Positions 58,040 through 64,000 of a stretch of DNA of 64,000 nucleotides are shown one piece after another. Position 1 is the stretch's first letter. Each line of letters opens with the position of its first letter. The stretch is from the human T2T-CHM13v2.0 reference genome, Homo sapiens. The notes beneath the pieces are model-generated. The model was not told the DNA's origin and searched no databases. It saw only the letters and a list, made by a program, of their open reading frames with translations. The stretch lies in assembly GCF_009914755.1 (NCBI RefSeq), contig NC_060928.1. One strand, written 5' to 3'. The position numbers and the translations under genes were made by a program.

Positions 58040-59970
58040 CTAGCTAGCTGATCACCAAACTCATTTACTCTTCCTCCTGGACACACATACAGACCACATT
58101 TCCCAGCAGCCTCTTAAGTTAGATTGACCACGTGAGTTCTGGCCAATGGTATGTGAATAAAAGTGGTAGCCACTATTTCCAGGCTTTGCCTATACAATCT
58201 AACATTTGTAATTCCCACTTTCTTCCCTTTCTGTTGTAATTTTACAAGCCAGGTGTTGAGAGGCAGATTTGATATTAGGAAATTGGTTACTGAATCAGTA
58301 TTTTCAAGAAACTTACTTGCCAGTCAGGAATTCTTGTTTTGGACTTCTGATGGCAGTGGCTGCCCATCTTGAGAAGCTGCTCTGAAGACGCTGGCTGCAG
58401 CAGGGAAGGCAAGGCCAGAGCTGCGTGCTCCGTAGAGTGGGCAGGAGCCAGGAACAGGAAGGAGCCCCAACCCCTTCCGAGTTGGTAGGCTGGAAGCCCC
58501 TCCCTACTATGCACAGCTGTAGCTCCAGACCCAGGCATTTCCTGCGCTCTTGGGAGCCACAGAAAGCTCCCCTGCCGCTGCAGGCTTCAAAGTGCCTGCT
58601 CCCACTGCCTGGCCTCTCCCTGCTCCCGGTGCCTGTTCCAGGTGCAGAGCAAAGTTGAGGCCAAGCCCAAGTGCTGTTGCAACCCAGCTGGGTGTGTGAG
58701 CGCTTGGGGTGGCACTGACATGTCAGCCCCCTGCCACCGTGGCCCCCTCTGGACTTTGGGTGCCAACGAGCATGGGGGCACTGAGCCAGCTCGCTGCAGG
58801 CCTTCAGGCGCTCCTCAGCACAAACAGCCTGGGCGCCATGAATATGATTGATGGTGGCAAGCGGCAGACAGGCTTCTGGGCAGAAAGGGGTGGGTCCTCA
58901 GTGAAGCCCTACCTTCAAGCGAGGAACTGCCCAAAGCATGGGGGCTGGGCTGTCAGTTCAGGGTGGAATCCACAGACCAGAGTGAGAACTTAAGGTGTTT
59001 TTTCCAGGCCCACCCATGGCTGCCCATAGACCAATCAGCACATACTTCCTCCCCTCTGAACCCTTAAAAACCCTGACTCAGCCAGACTCCAACAGATGTG
59101 CGGACAACCTGCCTGTGGGTAGGAGTTACACACTCTGGGTCTCCTCTCTGCGGAGGGCTGCACGGACATCGGAAGACGTGCCTGTGGAAAGGAACTACTT
59201 ACTTCCGGTTTCCTGAGAGCTGTTCTGTCGCTCAAGGAAGCTCCTCTTCGCCTTGCTCACCCTCCAATTGTCTGCATACTTCATTCTTCCTGCACACAGC
59301 GACAAGAACTCAGGACATGCCAAATGGCACGACTGAAAGAGCTGTAACACAAACAAAGCTGAAACACCACCCCCTTCCACCCACTCATCATGTCGTGGGC
59401 AAGGAGAAGATCTGTGGGCCTTCAGAGATCTCAGACACGGGGCTCCCCAAAGCCAGGGCTGTGACACCCCCTTTGGGGCTCTGCCGTTCCTGGCATCTCC
59501 AAGCTTCCAGGCACCACTGCGTCGCCACGTTTCCCTCATCTAGACACAGATGCCCACAGAGGAAGCCATGTGTTGTATATCTAGCACAGCCGCAGCCTTG
59601 CATGGAACCGGCACCTGTGCCTGCGCGTGGAGGTGCCCACCCGCCGCAGCAGCCAGCATGCCTGGCTCTGCGCAGTGGCTGGACCCCGCTCTCACTCACC
59701 CACACACCTCTGTCGCTCTGCATCTGGCTCGCCCTTGGCAGGTATGGGATCCAGGCTGGTAATGTGAGCTGAGCGCAGCCTGCCGGTCCGAGTGAGAGGA
59801 ACAAACCCAGTGGGCTGGAGTAATACTCAGGCAGAAGGCGCCGCTGGCCACAGAGGTTTCCGGCTGGCGAAGCCACAACCCCAAGGATCCCGTGACACTT
59901 CCATTGTGTTAAGTCACTAAAATTGTGGTATTTATATTTTATATAAGTTATATTACCTTAACTGGCACAA
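58040..59970 (+). mobile_element. Old MLT1 LTR split by MER52
   Basis: accacatttcccagc...gagttctggccaatgg and tgtgttaagtcactaaaattgtgg flanks. Confidence 0.55.
58348..59897 (+). mobile_element. MER52-type (ERV1) solo LTR
   Basis: tgatggcagtggc ... ggatcccgtgaca termini, 4-bp TSD cttc, GC-rich ~1.55 kb. Confidence 0.9.
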
Positions 59971-60107
59971 GCACTTTACATTTTTTCCCATAATATGAAT
60001 ATTCCAGTTTATTACCAACAAAAGCTTGAAGTATCTATCACCGTTTTATATATCCTTTGACTGAATAGTGTAAAGTTCAGTGATATTAAGCCTATCTTAT
60101 CACTTAC

Positions 60108-60208
60108 CAAGATGCCAATAATTTTCAAAGAACTAAAACACTCCGAAATGTAATGAAGACCAAGATTATTGAAATAATCTAGATCCTTGAAAAATACATA
60201 ATTTTATC
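60108..60208 (-). pseudogene. Exon remnant, 101 nt
   Basis: attctgtAG| ... TTG|GTAAGT (consensus donor); *NYVFFKDLDYFNNLGLHYISECFSSLKIIGIL. Confidence 0.6.
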
Positions 60209-60303
60209 CTACAGAATAGTTTTTAAAGCATTTTTTTAATTAAAGTGCAGCTTATGCCATACAGAGCTAAGAAAAATAATGCAACAGACTTCAGATAATT
60301 TAC

Positions 60304-60360
60304 CATGTCAGGAATGTCTGCTTGCTGTCCTTATGTATTTTAACCTAATAAATCTAAGAT
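60304..60360 (-). pseudogene. Exon remnant, 57 nt (alternative acceptor at 60344)
   Basis: Donor ATG|GTAAAT; 95-nt intron to next exon. Confidence 0.4.
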
Positions 60361-60512
60361 CTATTGTGTTTCAAGAGAAATTAGTGATTTGCTATTGGTG
60401 AAGAAAATAATATAGTATGTAAAATTTGAATAAAAAAATGTACTTCACGGGGAATTTAAGGCTATTCATATCTTAAACTATCTTGAATGTGAACCCTGAC
60501 AATAGAAACTAT

Positions 60513-60743
60513 ATTTTTTAATTGACACATTGTAATTGTACATATTTATAGAGTCCAATTTGAGGGTTTGATACACATATCTGTTGTGTAATGATCTAAT
60601 TATGGTAGTTAGTATATCCATCACCTCTTGCATTTATCATTTCTTTGTGGTGAGAATATTCAAAAGCTTCTCCCTCTCTATTTTGTAATATACAACACTT
60701 TACTGTTAACCACAGTCATATTACTGTGCAATAAACACCAGAT
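60513..60743 (-). mobile_element. L1MA-type 3' end
   Basis: ttttaattgacacat...aattgtacatatttat...atcatttctttgtggtgagaa. Confidence 0.75.
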
Positions 60744-60923
60744 AATACAATTAGAAGTAACATTATTTCTGCTGTGGCCCTGCCACCTTGTGTTCTCTTC
60801 TTAAGCACACAAGTAATTTCAGCTTCTTCATCTTCTTATTTTTTTAATGAGACATGTTATAAAAGCTTATGAATCAAGGATTTCATATATTTTGCTTTAA
60901 TAAAAAGAAAACTCAAAAATTAC

Positions 60924-61110
60924 TTCTTGCCTTTGGCTGCATCTCAGTATGTACAAAGAAGTAGAAATTTAATGCAAGCGTCAAGACCCGAATAATCCTG
61001 TTATTGAAGGGGAAAAATAGAGATGAAATGATCCAGATTTGCTGTGCATATTGGTCACATTTTTCAGATAATTCCTCAACTCCACTTTTACTGGCTCCCA
61101 TTGTTTAACT
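60924..61110 (-). pseudogene. Exon remnant, ~187 nt
   Basis: actacAG| phase-2 start matches previous exon; VKQWEPVKVELRNYLKNVTNMHSKSGSFHLYFSPSITGLFGS*; donor GAA|GTAATT uncertain. Confidence 0.5.
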
Positions 61111-61827
61111 CTGTAGTCTTTATAAAGTGCCTAGAAACTCAGGAGATAAGTTAACTCAGCACTCTTAAGATCTCTGACTCCAGACAATGTATTTTGGTGG
61201 AAAGCCAGGTTTTAAGTCCTTAGGGCAGGCTTTAGGGATAAAATGACAGAAGAGGAGACAGAAAAAAAAAGAGGGTTATAATCACTCATACAAAAAAGAG
61301 AAATGAGGAGAAGTATTGGCTCTCAAAATAAAAGGTGGATTCAATCAAGTGTATTCAAAACTATGGTGAGGGAAAATGAGCTCAATTCGAGGGAATACAA
61401 TCAGTCCTGTAGATGACAAGCGTTGATTTGAAGAAAACATTCTTAAACTATATCATTTCTTGTTAAATAGCATATTGAAAAACTGATAAAAAAAAAAAGG
61501 AAAGGATTCCATCAGGGTCAGAGTTTTTAACTACCTGATACAGTCCAATTCTAAAAATACAAATGTAGCTATAAATAAGGAGCAATGGATTTCTAAATAT
61601 ATAATTGATGTTGGAAGATTCAGTGTTTGCTGATCAAAAACATATCCACACACATCTCTGCAACATAACTGTAAACCTCAGTTGCAGATACAAATACTTT
61701 AACTGCCACATACAATTTTATCTTAGTAAAATAGTCATAATATTAATTCTGAAGAGCTATATCTCTCTACAGAAGAATCTGAAAACCAGCTAAATGCCAA
61801 ACTCAGATTAAAAACATATTTTTGTAC

Positions 61828-61987
61828 CTTGTTGGTAAACCTCAATAAATATGTTTCTCATAATCCATCAGTATTTAATTAACATATGATAACTGTCCTA
61901 TTAAAGCTAAATGAAATCCTTATTTGAAAGATAAAGTGCAACTGCACTGCAGCTTCTTTTCATGTAAATTATAACTATTGACAAAGA
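61828..61987 (-). pseudogene. Exon remnant, 160 nt
   Basis: atttcttttcAG| ... AAG|GTACAA; phase 1 to 2, FVNSYNLHEKKLQCSCTLSFK*GFHLALIGQLSYVN*ILMDYEKHIY*GLPT. Confidence 0.6.
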
Positions 61988-62155
61988 CTGAAAAGAAATC
62001 TCAAATGCAAACTATCTCAAGTGATTATATAGTTTGATTTAGGAGAATGGAAACTTGGAAACCAAAAGAAAGCAAAACTTGAAGGGTGGGAGTTGACACG
62101 CATCAATAATTTCTTTTTGGCCTATAAATTTTTTCCTGTTTTATTTTACACTTAC

Positions 62156-62578
62156 TCCATGAATTCAACTGTATTCATTCAGATATCCAAATAGAATTTA
62201 GTATCTAAAAATGTTTATGTGCTTTCCTCCTCCTTAGCAACCCAACTGCTTTTGATTGCCTCCCAGAAAATGTGCCATTTTTCCTTCTGTTTATTTCTCT
62301 GGTATATCAGCATTCATCTGTGTGAGTCTGCTTTCATGGAAGTCTTTCAGTATTCCACACAAGGTTTTGCTGGGGGAAGGAAGGGTTCTCACTGACAATC
62401 ATGTGTAGTAGACCAAAGCTGAAGGTTTGTAGTAAGAACCAAACATTAGGACCGTCTCTTGTCGGGGAGCTCTGAGAATGTTTATAGTATATTCTGTTAG
62501 GAAATGTCTGCAGGAAGGAAAGTCCCCAATAAAGTTTGTTTGGAATTAGTTGTAACCTCCTGGTTTGAGGATATTGTG
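62156..62578 (-). pseudogene. Exon remnant, 423 nt
   Basis: Pyrimidine tract + AG, donor GA|GTAAGT; phase 1 to 1; first ~80 codons open (QYPQTRRLQLIPNKLYWGLSFLQTFPNRIYY...), later stops. Confidence 0.6.
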
Positions 62579-62821
62579 CTATTTGAGGATGACATCAGGT
62601 AGGAATAAAAGACAGAAATAAGACCAAAAATGTGTTTTACTTTCTTTATAGGCAGCCAAGAATAACTTGCTCTGCATGATCATGGAACCACTTCAATAAA
62701 ATGTTTAAATCTCAGGATTTTATGCATAATAAACCCACAGGAGCATTTAAGCCCTGAACAACCTCCTTTTCTTAAGCCAACCACATAAATCACCACTGCA
62801 CAAATCATAGATTATGTGTAC

Positions 62822-62958
62822 CTGAAAAATATGTTCAAACAAGTATTAACAGGTATGATATATTACATATCATTTATTCTTTTGAATGGGCTTGATAAGA
62901 ATAACCGGGTACTTGAATCCCTCCTATAATATCAGAGCCCTTTATTATTGACATCATC
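62822..62958 (-). pseudogene. Exon remnant, 137 nt
   Basis: tttgtttcttgtttctttggcacAG| ... CAG|GTACAC; phase 2 to 1 frame MMSIIKGSDIIGGIQVPGYSYQAHSKE*... with two stops. Confidence 0.55.
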
Positions 62959-63315
62959 CTGTGCCAAAGAAACAAGAAACAAAATGATTGGCTTGAACAG
63001 TATGTGTTCTTTGATATAATTGTGATATAATTGTCAGAAATAGCTTTAAAACAGAAAAATCACCAAAAAATTAAAAAGAATCAACATACTGTTTCAAAAT
63101 TAATTATAAAGCTACCACATGATAGTAAATGGAACCAGTTATTTTATAAGTAAAATGTGACATGGGTGATTAAGACGGTCCTACGAACGATACTATCTGT
63201 ACTTCCCATTACCCAAAGAATCTCTTTAGTTCAACTGAAGAAATATACTAAACCAACATACACTATGAGAATTAGATATAATTTAATAAACACTACAGTC
63301 AAAACCAATTCTTAC

Positions 63316-63398
63316 CCTCCAAACAGATAAACCAGAGTAAGCTGAAGTAGATTTGAGATACATCTGCAGATTTCTTGACATAATGTAGCTCAACTCCA
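63316..63398 (-). pseudogene. Exon remnant, 83 nt
   Basis: ttttctttatatAG|...GG|GTAAGA; open frame (ELSYIMSRNLQMYLKSTSAYSGLSVWR, or alternatively GVELHYVKKSADVSQIYFSLLWFICLE). Confidence 0.65.
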
Positions 63399-63476
63399 CT
63401 ATATAAAGAAAATAATGATGTCGGATTATATAAAATTTGGCTGGCCTCATGCGTTCTGCATGAAAAGGCCTCATTC

Positions 63477-63740
63477 ATACTTTGGGAGGCTGAGGTGGCA
63501 GGTCACCTGAGGTCAGGAGTTCGAGACCAGCCTGGCCAACATGGTGAAACCCCGTCTCTACTAAAAATACAAAAATTAGCCTGGTGTGGTGGTGGGTGCC
63601 TGTAATCCCCCCAGCTACTCAGGAGGCTGAGGTGGGAGAATAGCTGAAACCCAGGAGGCAGAGGTTGCAGTGAGTGGAGATCTCACCATTGCCCTCCAGC
63701 CTGGAGGACAGAGCAAGACTCTGTCTCAAAAAAAAAAAAA
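63477..63740 (+). mobile_element. Alu (S-type, 5'-truncated)
   Basis: Alu body; probable TSD aggcct(c/t)att flanking the Alu plus its expanded tail. Confidence 0.92.
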
Positions 63741-63908
63741 GAAGAGAAGAGAGACAAGAAAAGAAAAGAAGGAAAAGGAAAGACAGGAAAGGAAGGAAGG
63801 AAGGAAGAGAGAGAGAAAAAAAAAGAAAAAGAAAGAGAAAGAGAGAGAAAAGAAAGAGGAAGGAAGGAAGGAAGGAAGGAAGGAAGGAAGGAAGGAAGGA
63901 AGGAAGGG
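63741..63908. repeat. GA-rich / (GAAG)n repeat derived from the Alu tail
   Basis: Seen directly. Confidence 0.9.
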
Positions 63909-64000
63909 CAGGCCTTATTTTGAAGAAAGCAAGCACCTTATCCAGCCAGTCAAACATTAAGTTGCAGGGGAAATGGAATAACCAGGGGCAGGAGAGTTCA

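Noticed and set aside
58287-59884. Many overlapping ORFs up to 224 aa in GC-rich DNA, resembling a CpG-island gene
   Set aside because: Essentially all within a MER52 solo LTR bounded by a cttc TSD; high GC suppresses stop codons.
63619-63960. Lys/Glu-rich and Phe/Leu/Ser-rich ORFs
   Set aside because: Translations of the Alu tail and (GAAG)n repeat.

Overview
AT-rich primate (human/great-ape type) genomic DNA with no intact protein-coding gene. Roughly half is interspersed repeats: a full-length but inactivated L1PA2-type LINE-1 (31282-37303) with intact antisense ORF0, truncated L1PA7-, L1PA8A- (twin-primed), L1MC- and L1MA/MB-type copies, about a dozen Alus (one three-armed), solo LTRs (THE1/MST, MLT1, MLT2, LTR12, MER52) and MER DNA transposons. 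Repeat subfamily calls are from recalled diagnostic sequence, not a search. The main finding is in the non-repeat DNA. Reading it by hand reveals about 39 exon-like segments on the minus strand from about 63.4 kb to 2.1 kb, with AG/GT boundaries, long runs of matching intron phases and reading frames broken by scattered stops and frameshifts. This looks like the fossil of one very large (>2,000 codon) multi-exon gene that I cannot name. A block of six more phase-linked exon remnants lies on the opposite strand (30.3-38.5 kb), next to an inverted duplicate of one minus-strand exon, suggesting an internal inversion/transposition. Several exons in that block were later hit by Alu or L1 insertions. 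All exon calls are manual and need alignment to confirm.
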